A stretch of 64,000 nucleotides of DNA from Schizosaccharomyces osmophilus. Its lineage: Eukaryota. Shown one piece after another: positions 23,713 through 35,485 of the stretch. The stretch spans positions 1,116,001-1,180,000 of the forward strand of contig NC_079238.1 in NCBI RefSeq assembly GCF_027921745.1. Reading direction: 5' to 3'. Position 1 is the first letter of the stretch. Each line of letters begins with the position of its first letter. A program made the translations under genes and the position numbers. The notes under the pieces were generated by a model, which was given only the letters and a program-made list of their open reading frames with translations, did not search any database and had not been told where the DNA came from.

Positions 23713-25164
23713 TTAAGCCCAAGAATCGTCAAGATAGGAAGAAAGAGTACACTTCTCATACTCGATGGGAGGTTCAGTTTTCATCGGTCTTCGCAATTCT
23801 GCATCGCACATAGTAGCATAGTTGTGGTCTAGAAAGTCCTCTAACTCATAACGAGGTTTTGTAAACTGTTGGCTCATAATACCAGCCAAACTAGCAATGT
23901 TGGGATAATAATGATTCTGCAACGTATGCAATTCCCACAAAGATGAATCGATTGCAGATGTCAGCAAAGGATCGGGTTGCTGAATATCAAAAGGGTCATC
24001 TGATTCGCTAACATTGCGATGTAGCATTTGCATACAACTTGGGTGGCGCTGTAAGGAATTGTAAATGAAAGGAATAACGATAGCAATCGCACCAGGTGAC
24101 CCGGTTAAGGCTAAACGGGCTAATTTTTTTATGAAAGAAGCAATGACAGTAGCAGGCAAATGAGTAGAGGACAAAAACAAATCTAGCAAACGAAAGAAGC
24201 GAGATCTTGTACGCAAGTAGAGTAAGTTTCTATCCAGAAGAGCGTATAATTTAGGATAAAACAAAGGATAGTCAAGATTATGCTCCATGATTAGAGTGAA
24301 AAGACCATTCAAGGCTAGTAAGGCAACGGCGTGGTGAGAATTGTATGCATCAGTCAAAAAGTCCATTAGCATTGCAGGTTTGGGAAGGAAAGGAATTACA
24401 CGCTTGTGTATCACGCTCAAAACCCTTTTATAAAGGTCGATTGAGAGAGGAAGATACAATGCGGACAACCAAGCATCTTGAAAGGCGCGCTTTAAGGATG
24501 ATGCATTCTCGACATTTGAAGAAAGCGCAGATGCCCATGGTAAAGATGATGAAAGCGGAGAAGGTATGAGAGAGAGTATGCGAATAATGTTTGAAGCAAG
24601 TGTAAAGATTTCATCTGAAGAAAAGCCCGACAAATCATTCTCTGTATATGCACTAGCTATTTTAGCGACGCTCTTGTAGAAATAGTATAGCAAATCTGTG
24701 TATTTGGTGAGATAGGACTCTACGAAATCTTGAACACAGAGATCCGATAAATTCGATGCTGCAGCAAGAGCAGTACAAAATCGGAAATACAATTGATTTC
24801 TCAATAGTCCATTCGGGTCCAAATAGGATTCAGCCTTGCAAAGACGTAAGGCTATCGTCAAAAACGACACCTGCAAGGCGTCCACATCAGGTTCTGAATA
24901 CACCTGCATTAATTTTTCTGTGAACGAAATGAAATTATCGGAAATCCAATTTTGGACCATTGCACCAGCAGACTGATCATCCGCAGCTGGCCGTTTCAGC
25001 TCCTTCGTTTCAAAAAAATGACTAAAAACGCGACAAAGCGCTGCTGCTGCCTCATTCACTTCTTCTAATGAATGAGTTTTGTAATCCATATAATTCATTA
25101 TTTCAACAACATTGTTTAAGTTTTTCTTTGACTTATAAATGTCATTTTCCAAGGTTTTTATCAT
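23713..25164 (-). CDS. noc4: Nucleolar complex protein Noc4 (CBF/Mak21 domain)
   Basis: LDYPLFYPKLYALLD, FFRLLDLFLSSTHLPA..IASFIKKLARL, SSLWEL. First ATG 25164. Confidence 0.92.
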   Translation of the reverse strand: MIKTLENDIYKSKKNLNNVVEIMNYMDYKTHSLEEVNEAAAALCRVFSHFFETKELKRPAADDQSAGAMVQNWISDNFISFTEKLMQVYSEPDVDALQVSFLTIALRLCKAESYLDPNGLLRNQLYFRFCTALAAASNLSDLCVQDFVESYLTKYTDLLYYFYKSVAKIASAYTENDLSGFSSDEIFTLASNIIRILSLIPSPLSSSLPWASALSSNVENASSLKRAFQDAWLSALYLPLSIDLYKRVLSVIHKRVIPFLPKPAMLMDFLTDAYNSHHAVALLALNGLFTLIMEHNLDYPLFYPKLYALLDRNLLYLRTRSRFFRLLDLFLSSTHLPATVIASFIKKLARLALTGSPGAIAIVIPFIYNSLQRHPSCMQMLHRNVSESDDPFDIQQPDPLLTSAIDSSLWELHTLQNHYYPNIASLAGIMSQQFTKPRYELEDFLDHNYATMCDAELRRPMKTEPPIEYEKCTLSSYLDDSWA

Positions 25165-25368
25165 TTTGGCTCCTGGAAAGTTCAACAATTATGAATAGCT
25201 TGAATGCAATTCTTTCTGAATAGAGTAGTTTTCTATACAATCTTATATGCGTTTACGACATGCAGTAAAAGCTCCCTATTGGGCTACAATACCATAGCGT
25301 GCATCGGTATTTACGGGATCATCACCTTTCCACGTCTCGAGAAGCTGATTTTAGCAAACAACTTCGGA

Positions 25369-26160
25369 ATGGCTTCAAAATTGTTTCGTATGTAGTGTCT
25401 TTGTTCATCGTATTTCCAAATTTGACTAACTAATATTACAGTGCAAAGAACATTACCCGCTTTTCAAAGGGCTGCCTTTATGCGTACGGCCGCACCATTT
25501 AGCCGCAGCTTCTCTTTTACTCCCAGAAGCTTGAATAATGCTGAACCCCCCAAGAGAACCCCTGCTGATCAAAAGGCTGCTCAACTTATCAATGCTGCTC
25601 CTTCTACCTCTTTGTTGACCAAGTCTGGTGTTCTGACTGTTACTGCTGCTGCTCTTGCTACTGCTATCTCCAAGGGCATTTACGTTGTTAACGAAGAAAC
25701 TATTGTCGTTGCTTCTTTCCTCGGTCTCTTGGGTGTCTTTGGTACCCTTGGCCGTAAGGCTTACAACGAGTGGTCTGAAAAGACAATAAACAACATTGCC
25801 AATATTTTGGAAACTTCTCGTGAAGGCCATAAAGACGCTATCCAGGAACGCATTCAACAAGTTACTGGTCTCCAGGATGTTGAAGACGTCACCAAGCTCT
25901 TGTTCACCACCTCCAAGGATACTGCTCGTATGGAAGCCGAGATTTTCGAACTTGAGCAACAAGTTGCTCTGTCCCACCAAGCCAAATCTGTCTTAGATAG
26001 CTGGGTCAACCATGAAGCTTCCATCCGTGCTGATCAACAACAGCGTTTGGTCTCTGAAGTTTTGGGCCGTGTCGACAGCAAGGTCTTGACTCAAAAGTTC
26101 CAACAAGAGGCTTTGAACGAGAGCGTTGGTGAGATTGAGAAGGTTCTGGCTACCGCTTAA
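25369..26160 (+). CDS. atp4: Mitochondrial F1Fo ATP synthase subunit b, 245 aa; exons 25369-25387, 25442-26160
   Basis: MASKLF|LQRTLP after splicing GTATGT...CTAAC...CAG; ISKGIYVVNEET and AKSVLDSWVNHEASIR motifs. Confidence 0.93.
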
Positions 26161-26728
26161 AGTTTACCATTTTTGTAGACCAAGAAGCCGTTTTTAATTC
26201 GATCAAACATTTCTTTCCTTTACTCGAGTTAGCAGGCTTTCATTATAGTCGTCGAAACATTCACTTTGCTTTTGCACAGGATCTTCGAATGATAACTTTT
26301 ACTTAACCCCCTTCTCTTTTCGTCTTTGGCCAGTCGCTAATAATATTTACTTTTATGAAATGATTCTTACATATCATAAATACAGCCTGTAAATCCATTT
26401 ATCCTTGTTCTCAGTATTTGCTACCGTCTGCAAAATTACATGTAATAGTAATTGAATGTAGCTCTTACCATTACTATAAAAAAGCATTTGAGTGGGGAAC
26501 ACAAACAAAATATAAATTAATCAACCTCACGCTATAACCTAAATCTATCTAAACAATTGTTTCCATAAAGCTGCAAACAGCAAACAACAACAAAGGACAA
26601 ATCAATCCCTTTTTTGGACACTCTGAGATATTATCCCATTTCTCCGTCTTTTTCTCGAGTATTAACATTACACATGCCCAACAACCTTCTTGGAACTAAA
26701 ACATTGACAAAAGACGACCATTTAGTGT

Positions 26729-28348
26729 TTACATGGCCATATCCTGGGAATCAAAATGAAATTCTTCATTGGCAGCCGGTCCACCACTGAAACTGAATGT
26801 ATTACCATTCGTCTCAGGAGCTAAGTCCTCTACGCCATCTTCATCACTAAAGTATTTCTCAATGATGTTGTATGCCTTTAAATAAATGTCGTTGTTACCA
26901 GAGGTTTGCAACTCGTAAATTTTATCCATACCGCCGGCCTCTTCAATATAGACGGCATAAAGGTTAATATTTTGAACGTCCATCGTGCGGTCCATTTCAC
27001 CAACTTTAAGAATATTTTCAATGGCATCAAGAGCAACTTGAACAATTTTGTTATCCGATCCCTCTAGCATATCACACAATGGTTTAATAACACCTTGCTT
27101 AACAAGGTAACGAATTTGCTCAGGCTGACCTAGACCACCAGACGTAGCGTTAGAAATAGCCCAGCAAGCTTCTTTTTTAGTTTTGTAATCAGCATTCTTT
27201 AATAAATGTACCAATGGTTGAATCAGATTTGATTCTATCACGGCTTGGATTTGTTGAATATTACCAGCAGTGATATTACTGATAGTCCAGCATGTTTCTT
27301 TACGAATATTCTCTTTGTGATGACACAAAAGATTAGGGAAAGCATTCAAAGCACCAGACTCGATTATGATTTGGGTTTGGGCGTCAGTACCAGTGACGAT
27401 GTTACCAACAGAACGGAGGGCAGGTGTTTGAATATTAGGACTGGAAGAATTCAATAAGTCGACAAGACGATGAGCGCAGCCAACGTCGATGATGGCACCA
27501 ATTTTTTCATTGGGTCCGTCAGAGAGATATGAGATAGCCCAGCAGGCATCGACAACGACTTCAACATCGTCAGAATACAAAAGTTTTGCAAGAGTGGGTA
27601 ATCCAACTGAGATAGTTGACCAGTTGGGGGGAGGGTTTTTACCACGACACAAGTTAGAGAGCGTCCAAGTAGCGTTACGAAGCATAGACAAATCTGCAGT
27701 GCTTGTTTCAATGATATAAATTAAAGGTTCTAAACACCCACAGCTAAGAACATAGTCACGACAGGCAGAAGAATCACCAGCAATATTACCGAGGGCCCAC
27801 ACGACTTGTTCACGAACATCCTTCTCGGGAGAGGAAAGTAAGTGAATGAATCGAGGAACGGCTCCAGAATTGACAACGACACGTGTTTGATCAGTGGTGC
27901 CACTTGCAATATTTGTCAGGGCCCACGCAGCCTCAAATTGAAGTAAGTTGTGTTCGCTTTCCAAAAATTGAACGAAGCGATCCACCACACCACATCGAAT
28001 AACACGATCAATTGGAGGATTGGTTTCTTTAGACAAAAACTTACGGAATTTTGTGACAGCATTTAGTTGTAGCTCTATATTATTAGACATAACATCTGCA
28101 GTAAGCTTGGGGAATTCATCATCCATCTGTCCTTCCATATAGCCTCGCACAGGCTCGTTTTCCATATTTTCAGATGGGTCATTTTGAAGTACAGAATTTA
28201 AGTTTCTGCGCTTGTTTAAGCTCTCTTCACGTTTTTGTTTACGAATTTCAACCTGCTGTTCTTCTCGTTGACGACGAAGTTCATCGGCCTTGAAGACAGC
28301 CTTTCCTTTAAAACGACTTCTTCTGTCTGGCATAAGTCTTGACTCCAT
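26729..28348 (-). CDS. imp1: Importin alpha
   Basis: IBB domain ([26 protein letters not shown]), ARM repeats ([41 protein letters not shown]). ATG 28348; imp1 rather than cut15 by recalled synteny. Confidence 0.9.
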   Translation of the reverse strand: MESRLMPDRRSRFKGKAVFKADELRRQREEQQVEIRKQKREESLNKRRNLNSVLQNDPSENMENEPVRGYMEGQMDDEFPKLTADVMSNNIELQLNAVTKFRKFLSKETNPPIDRVIRCGVVDRFVQFLESEHNLLQFEAAWALTNIASGTTDQTRVVVNSGAVPRFIHLLSSPEKDVREQVVWALGNIAGDSSACRDYVLSCGCLEPLIYIIETSTADLSMLRNATWTLSNLCRGKNPPPNWSTISVGLPTLAKLLYSDDVEVVVDACWAISYLSDGPNEKIGAIIDVGCAHRLVDLLNSSSPNIQTPALRSVGNIVTGTDAQTQIIIESGALNAFPNLLCHHKENIRKETCWTISNITAGNIQQIQAVIESNLIQPLVHLLKNADYKTKKEACWAISNATSGGLGQPEQIRYLVKQGVIKPLCDMLEGSDNKIVQVALDAIENILKVGEMDRTMDVQNINLYAVYIEEAGGMDKIYELQTSGNNDIYLKAYNIIEKYFSDEDGVEDLAPETNGNTFSFSGGPAANEEFHFDSQDMAM

Positions 28349-28798
28349 TTTCCCTTTTGTTGTAATACCTATTTTCTCTAGTTGTTTATAAGTTGTAGTT
28401 GCCAAAAGGAATGAATACCACCACCGAACTTCGCTGCAATAGACGCAAAATATTAAAGTATCCTAACCCTTATTTCGATGAATAGAAGGAAAGAAAAAAA
28501 ATAATAAAATAAATTTTGTGTATTCATTATCCTTTATTTAGCATTTTGGTATTCTGACCTCAGCAAAATTTTTATAATGGGCATATCGTTTATAAAATTT
28601 TGTTATGAGCATATTCTTAACTTATATGCTTGTAAATAACATATGAGGTTATAAGGCTTTTTTTGAAAATAATAGAATATGCTACATATGTGCCGCTGCC
28701 TGTCGTTTCTTCCTCTACTGCTACAAAAAAAATTATTTGCTAACCATTTTTGCTTATTGCCTTAAATTTAAGGGATTAAAAGAATAAAAAAAAGTTGT

Positions 28799-28893
28799 CG
28801 ACAACGGCAGGATTCGAACCTGCGCTCCCAGAGGGAATCCGCTGGGCTACTTGATAGCAGGCGAACGCCTTAAAACCACTCGGCCACGTTGTC
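28799..28893 (-). tRNA. tRNA-Ser(GCU) with 11-nt intron
   Basis: GACAACG...CGTTGTC-G acceptor stem, A box TGGCCGAGTGG, anticodon arm TTCGC-CTGCTA[TCAAGTAGCCC]A-GCGGA, long variable arm, B box GGTTCGAATCC, downstream T-run. Confidence 0.95.
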
Positions 28894-29347
28894 TTGTTGA
28901 GGGCTACGAAACAGAATGTGTATATAAACAAAAAAATCGGTGCTGCTTAACAACAATATAGTTCTCGTGTTAACCGTACTACTTTTATGCGTTCAAAACG
29001 ATTTGTTTACATTCATTTTAAGTATTTAATTTTGTATTTTTGTAGTTTTAAAGTGACTTAAAAAGGGTCGCAGCAAAACGAGTTTACACAGCTTAAAAAG
29101 TCGCAATTGCAGCTTCGGTTCAATATCAAGCCTAAATTACTAAAGTTCAATGATGAATAAATACCATTTATTGACAAGCAAACACCAAATGACCCATTAT
29201 TAAAGTAGCGTTACAAAAAGTAGTAGCAGCGGCTGCTTTTCTATAAGCACCTTGTACTAGTACTCCCGAAAACCAATGTTCAAGAAAGAGCGGAAGGTTG
29301 TGGGAATAAATTCAAATAGAAGAGAAAAGAAAAAGGATCTTCAGGTG

Positions 29348-30241
29348 TTAACCTTTAAACCCACGTTTGAAATAACCTTCATCCATTTCCTTTTTCACAT
29401 GTTTGTAAAGATCCATCGTCGCCTGAGCATCTTGAACAGAAGAATGCTGACCGGATTGAATGTCTCTGCCGAGCACCTGCTCAGCGAGTTTTTTGAGAGA
29501 AGGTGTTTTTCCCTTTGCTAATTTTCGAAATCCAGAAAATCGACTTGTATCTCGAATTAGTCTACGTGGATGTGATAAGAGTAAGACCTTTAAATCATTT
29601 TGTATCGCATGTCCCACGAGAACGCGATTTTCTAAAACATCGGCTACCTCTTTCTGAACTTTTTCAAATGGAGGAGCATCTCGCATGTGAAATGATTTGA
29701 CACCACTTACCCAAGTTCGCCAATCCGTCACACGTTCTTTTGGTCGAACATAGGTATCATAAACAACCCGTCCGTGATAGTTGACGATACTAATGCGCGC
29801 CAGCACAGACATGTCATCAGCAACTCCAACCATCTCACAGTCCATTGCAATATACTTTCCAAGAGTTTCCAAATTTGTCTTTCGTGTCAGGTTTCCAGCA
29901 TCCACACCATATGCGTCAAAAACTTGTGATTCAGGAAGATCGTGCTCTCGAGCAAAGTCTTTCAACTCTTTTGTACGCGTATCGTTGATCTGTAGTCCAT
30001 CTCGAGAAGCACCTTCTTTTCCATTCGGAACAACTTTCTTATGTCTTGGTTTCTCGTTTTTTCCGGTTTTCTTTTCAATTCGTCCACTTTTTGTGCTATC
30101 CAATTTCTACAAAACGGCCGTTTGTTAGTAACAGTGCACAGCTAGAGTCTTTAAAGATCGTTACGCTTTTCTATTGTACGATCAACCCTAAAAAGCGTCC
30201 TCCTTACTTACTTTTTTTAATTTTTCCCAATTGGAAGACAT
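29348..30241 (-). CDS. rex4: RNA exonuclease Rex4 (DEDDh), 262 aa; exons 30241-30212, 30106-29348
   Basis: Exon 1 [16 protein letters not shown]...TACTAAC...TAG intron; [26 protein letters not shown] motifs. Confidence 0.93.
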
Positions 30242-30575
30242 TTCTATTGTTTGATGAAAACTCTTTATCCAGGCATATAAACTCGTTCAAGAACACTCGA
30301 TTACCGATGTTGGACGTGTCGGTGAACCCAATACCCCACTGCGTTCGATTATGATATATACATTGAGTGAAGGAGGAGTCTGGAAAGCAGAACTGATACT
30401 ATTTGAAACATATTAGAAAGGATTGAAACTTTTGATATATCTTAATAAAAAAAAATCATTCCTAAACGCGCCAGCAATCGCATCTCTCTAGTTTGGTACC
30501 GATGTTCGGTTATTACAAGTATTAGTCGCTTAAACAGAGTTTTATATTTAACCATTATTAGTGTTTGTCAACCAA

Positions 30576-30654
30576 GGAAGGGTGTCCGAGTGGTTATGGA
30601 GCTAGTTTAAGGCACTAGTGCGAAAGCTCGTGGGTTCGAGTCCCACCCCTTTCA
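30576..30654 (+). tRNA. tRNA-Leu(AAG)
   Basis: GGAAGGG/CCCTTTC-A acceptor stem, anticodon arm CTAGT-TTAAGGC-ACTAG, variable arm, T arm GTGGG-TTCGAGT-CCCAC, T-run terminator just downstream. Confidence 0.95.
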
Positions 30655-30948
30655 TTATGTTTTTGTTTATTTTAGTCCCTATTGATATAGGGACCACAAC
30701 ATTTCCGTCTTCATTTTATCCATTAGAAGTATTGAACTGAATTTTACCACTATATTCGAAAATCTATTTCATTGCTTTTTTTTTCATGTATATAAATGAT
30801 TATTACTGAATCCATTGCTCTCCATGGTGATCGTATAGTACTAACAACATTTTCAGGTAACACGAGTGAATGTAACCCCCAGAGGTGCTTGGGTTTTTCA
30901 AAGTTCATATGAGAGGATACCTGCTTCTCTTAGACGTTGCGCAAGAAA

Positions 30949-31540
30949 ATGATGTCTTGTTGTACACAGCTTCAGGATACGATTGATGAGGTAGGGAATA
31001 TTACTTTCAAAGGAATTCTACTTACATGATTAGGTGACAACTCAATTTTACTCATCGATTCATTATTTGAGTTCACAGCATGATTTCGTTCCGTTACCTG
31101 GACAGGAGAAAGCATCAGATACAAAATGTATGTTCCTTTAAATAAAAGACTTAGATTACTTGGGCATTCTTACTGACAAGTGCTAGTGAATCCAATTTCT
31201 GAAGATGACTTAAAGTGTACGAGATAAATTGTGTAGAGCAAGCAGCGAGTCATTGGACTCTAAGCAGGACTAACAATGTTTTACAGTTGTTCAAAAAGAT
31301 ATGGCTAAAGACTTGGTTACAAAGTTTCAGCAGATAGATGCTCTTATTCAGCAGTTGCCCGGTATTTCAACAGCTCCCAGACATCAAATGGAAAAGATAA
31401 AGTCATTCCAAAAATTAATCGAAGAGAGAAAGAAGGAAAGGGAACAGTGTGAAGCTGAAAACGAACGACTGAAAGCCTCCTTGGCTCAAAGGATAGAAAC
31501 CTTTGGACAAGTCACTTGCGAATTATTTCAATCGCTATAA
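30949..31540 (+). CDS. srb7: Mediator subunit Med21/Srb7, 139 aa; exons 30949-30990, 31034-31127, 31187-31216, 31287-31540
   Basis: Spliced product MMSCCTQLQDTIDEVTTQFYSSIHYL...AKDLVTKFQQIDALIQQLPGI; three GT-AG introns restore frame. Confidence 0.9.
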
Positions 31541-31919
31541 ATCGAATCATCCACTTTTTCAGACGCTTGCTCTTTTTCTATGGTAAATCTTCGGTTTTAT
31601 TTATTTCTTCCTTTTTGTTTCCATTGCAACATTAAAGAATTCTCCACCATAGACAAGTCGATGCATGTTCCTTGCTCAAGTGTGAAGTCAGTTTTTAAGA
31701 AAATTACCAAAGAGATCCAACTTATGAGCATACGATGGAAGATGTAGTTACCAAGGATTCCTTAATTTGTAAAAATAGAAATTACTTTGTTTATTATTTA
31801 AAAACATCTAGCGAAGAGTGTTATTCATTTTACCGAGTGGAAACGAACTCGTAATCCATATGAGCGGATCCAAGGCAGGTACGAATCCAACTATCCATTC
31901 ACCAACAAATTCAGTAAGA

Positions 31920-32262
31920 ATGGCTCCCTTCTCATTGAAACCATTTATCCCCCCTCAAGTTGCTAATCCTACAGTAAGTAATAGAACCAAAAAAATCTGC
32001 TTGTAGAAGCTCTCTTCTAACTTCACAGGCTTTAAATGCATTCCCCAGTTCTGCTCGAATGGGCCGTATTGTGGACTTTTACACTCGTTTGCCCAAAGGC
32101 ACTGCTCCCAAAAAGTCTAGTAATGGCTTTTTCAATTGGTACTACGCCAAATACCTTGGCAAAAACGCCAGTGGTGCTCCCTTACTTCATTTGGTAGGTG
32201 CCATTTTTATCTTTTCTTATGCTTCTGAGTACTTCTACCATATTCGTCATCACGAACATTAA
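31920..32262 (+). CDS. atp17: Mitochondrial ATP synthase subunit f, 95 aa; exons 31920-31973, 32029-32262
   Basis: FIPPQVA, MGRIVDFYTRLPKG, YYAKYLGKNASGAPLLH, EYFYHIRHH; GTAAGT...CTAAC...CAG intron. Confidence 0.92.
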
Positions 32263-33088
32263 GAAAGCTCACTTACTTTATTCGATTGGACTTGGAAGTT
32301 GCTTTCCCTCTTTTCTGTCCTTGTCTGTCGTAGTGGTAGACTACGATGAATGGATAATGAATATATTCCGTCCACCAGTGAATGTTTGAAATTTTTATTT
32401 CTCGTACTTGTAAATTTCAAAAATTTGTTGCGAGTTCTCTTCGTGTAAAATTCGCACTCTTAACTTACAGATGGAAGTATTCTCATGACAGGGTCCAGAC
32501 AAAAGAATTTCCTACAAGACAGCTTCTGTATCATGCTTACTCGATAAACATCAATATTCTGTTAATTCTGTTATATCGGAAAACTATGTGTAATATAGCT
32601 TGAAAAGCACTAAGTTGAAAGTCAAAAGTACGCATCCATTTGAAACAAGGCCCTCTTCATTTATATTGAGACCTTCCAATAATTTTCAACTTTCTTCTTT
32701 CTCAACGAACTCGTAATAGCTTCGTTCAAAAGCTTCAATCAGTTTCACAGCAATCGTATTTGTAATTTCCGAATCAGGTATTCGTATATACAGCTACCGT
32801 TGTATATTCATTCAGGCATTGTCATGTGACTCAAAGATTTGTTTTCTTTTATTATCTCATTTAATGTTTGTTATAGTTGTAACTGTTCATACACATAAGA
32901 AGAAAACTCATTTTATTAATAACATAGAATTATTATTATATATTACAGTAATATACACCACCAAATTTGCTTACCCTGCACTCTCAAGAACAGAGTCCTC
33001 GCGTTGTATTCTTTTGCCAATCTCTGCTACTACAAATACTTACACACCATAAAAGGTGAACGGAGAGAAACATCTCTATAAGTAGGTC

Positions 33089-35485
33089 ATGGAGAAATTA
33101 CATGAAAATGAAGTAAAAAACCTTGCACAAGAAACAAAAACGTCCTCTACGGATCATATAAGCTCGATATTTAAGCGACCGAAAATTAAATCTTCTTCCT
33201 TGAACAAAGCATATTTGGGAAAGACATCCACACCAGCTTGTTCTAATGCTGTCAACGGGGTTTCTGGAGGTCCTCCTAAGAATGCTCAAGCACCCGGTCG
33301 CATAGATGGATCCATCTCACCTTCTACGAATGCAGGATCAAATAACTCGACCCCTAAAAGTGCTTCTGCTTCTTTAGCAGCGGCGGTTCCTGAGGTTATT
33401 GATGATTCGGCACGATTGAATACTGTAGATCATGCTTCACCAACTACAGGCGTCAAACATGCATCTAGTGTCGGCCATACTGCTGCCCATAATAAGGTCC
33501 GCCTGTCTATCAAACTAAGCACTAGTGGAAATGTAAGCGGGGCAGGCACCCCGAAGGCTGTTACTAGCAACACCAATCCTTGGGCAGTCCGTTCCGCCGA
33601 ACGCTTATCATCAAATACTACTACGAATAGAACAGCATCTCCTGAGAGTATAGATACTCAAATAGAAAACAAAAAGGGAGCTACTTCTTTATATGCGTCT
33701 GCTGCTGCGGCCGCCGCCCGCCATTCGACTTCAGCTGCTCTAGCTTCGTATGCTGGGACAATTTATGATTCTAGTGGCAATGTTATTAAGGGACTTGAGA
33801 ATCCAAGCTCATTGTCCGCTTCTTCTAATCAATCTCAAGATGGTTTGTCTAACGTCGATGCAAAAAGTGTGCAAGCTCTCGCTGTTTCCGCCTCCTCTTC
33901 CTCCAGTCGTCTTCACCAAACCGAGAAAAACCAAGACACTCAAAGTAAGGAAAATACCACTACACAGAATAAAAATGACACTGCCTCTGGTTGTGAAGAA
34001 GTATCACCAACTCGTCTTCCTTCTCCAACAAGCGTCCGTCGTGCTTCTCACTTCTCTGAGGGAAAATGGGATGAAATTGACGATGAGGATGATGATGATT
34101 GGGGAAGTACAATCGAGTTCGAAGATGGAACTACGGTCGTTATTGACGCCAAAACTAGAAAATATGAGCCTTTAAAAACCCCTGAACATGAAAAACCGGA
34201 ACCGGAACCTTCCTCCTCACACTCCCAATCCGCGTCTCATACATTTTCTTCAACTTACACTAGTTCCGATATTAATGCCTCGGAAACGCCGAAACCTGAT
34301 TTGGTTGATAATGCACCTACCAATTCCGAACTTCTTTCCGATGAAATCCCTATAGCTTCTTCTGGCCCAACTGAACAAGCAAGTGGAGAAATTAGAGGAA
34401 GATCTATTGAAAAGTTAGATTACAGCAAGTCAACACTCGAGAAGGAGCCCGATGCTCCACAAGACACTGTTGCCTCTTTTGAAAGCGAGGAAGCTACCAA
34501 GGTTGTGGAACAGCCTACTTCTGATTTAGATCAAAGCGCTTCTTCTCCTTCAATAGCCGTAAACACTCTTCGAGAAGAACAACAGCGTGTAATGTCAGAA
34601 GCCCGTCAAAAAGCCGTTGAGCGTAGGCGTCAAGAAGACGAGCAACTCGCGCAATCAAGAGAACGAGCTCGGAAAAAAGCAGAAGAGATCAGACTAGTGA
34701 CTGAGTCAAGAGAACCTGGTAGTCCTTTGGACACATCCAACGTCAACGATGTTAAGGACGATCAAGTTTCACCAACTCTACTCAACGTTCAGCAAAAGCA
34801 AGACGATGTAGATTTTTCTTCTTGGAGAGACAATGATCAGCCTATTCCTCCTGTTCAACCTATTATGAATTTGGAGAAGTCAGGAAATCTTCGTTCTTCA
34901 GTTGGTAGCGATGAGAACGCAACTCGTCACAGCAAATCTAGAAGCATAGATGAAGTTATTCTCAGTATTAAGGATGTTATTTTTGATAACAATCTTTATA
35001 AACAGCGTACCTTTCAAAGCGGTACTTCTCAATTGCCTGTTCGTCCTCATCAGGAACAGCTGAGTAGCTCCCGATACTCGTCGGCTGTAACCTCTCCTTA
35101 TTCCGACAAGATGAAATCTTCTTTCGATTCGAATAACGTTTTACACAACAGGCCTCACGGTACCGCCAAAATTTCTCGTCCCCGAGGAGACGTGATACTG
35201 AACATTCGTTTTCCTTATTCGAACCCAACGCGTAAATTGTCTACTAGGTCATTAAGATTAGAGGAGTTGAAACCATTGGAAGAAAAAGTTCCAGTGTTTC
35301 GATCATCCTCAAAACAACCACTTCGTATTCATCCTAGTCAACCTTTTCGAGTTACTGTAAGCTTACCTGGAGAAAAAGCTGTACAAGTACTCAGACGCTC
35401 TTTTCGTAATACTATGAATCCCAATCATTATGATCCTCATCGCCGGGAGCGAATAGATACGGGCTTTTGGCGATCGGCAGCTTGA
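33089..35485 (+). CDS. 798-aa Ser-rich low-complexity protein with a short coiled coil; candidate remote PRRC2/BAT2 relative
   Basis: Long intronless ORF; conserved-looking islands KIKSSSLNKAYLGKTS, KWDEIDDEDDDDWGSTIEFEDG, MSEARQKAVERRRQEDEQLAQSRERARKKAEEI. Confidence 0.85.
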   Translation: MEKLHENEVKNLAQETKTSSTDHISSIFKRPKIKSSSLNKAYLGKTSTPACSNAVNGVSGGPPKNAQAPGRIDGSISPSTNAGSNNSTPKSASASLAAAVPEVIDDSARLNTVDHASPTTGVKHASSVGHTAAHNKVRLSIKLSTSGNVSGAGTPKAVTSNTNPWAVRSAERLSSNTTTNRTASPESIDTQIENKKGATSLYASAAAAAARHSTSAALASYAGTIYDSSGNVIKGLENPSSLSASSNQSQDGLSNVDAKSVQALAVSASSSSSRLHQTEKNQDTQSKENTTTQNKNDTASGCEEVSPTRLPSPTSVRRASHFSEGKWDEIDDEDDDDWGSTIEFEDGTTVVIDAKTRKYEPLKTPEHEKPEPEPSSSHSQSASHTFSSTYTSSDINASETPKPDLVDNAPTNSELLSDEIPIASSGPTEQASGEIRGRSIEKLDYSKSTLEKEPDAPQDTVASFESEEATKVVEQPTSDLDQSASSPSIAVNTLREEQQRVMSEARQKAVERRRQEDEQLAQSRERARKKAEEIRLVTESREPGSPLDTSNVNDVKDDQVSPTLLNVQQKQDDVDFSSWRDNDQPIPPVQPIMNLEKSGNLRSSVGSDENATRHSKSRSIDEVILSIKDVIFDNNLYKQRTFQSGTSQLPVRPHQEQLSSSRYSSAVTSPYSDKMKSSFDSNNVLHNRPHGTAKISRPRGDVILNIRFPYSNPTRKLSTRSLRLEELKPLEEKVPVFRSSSKQPLRIHPSQPFRVTVSLPGEKAVQVLRRSFRNTMNPNHYDPHRRERIDTGFWRSAA

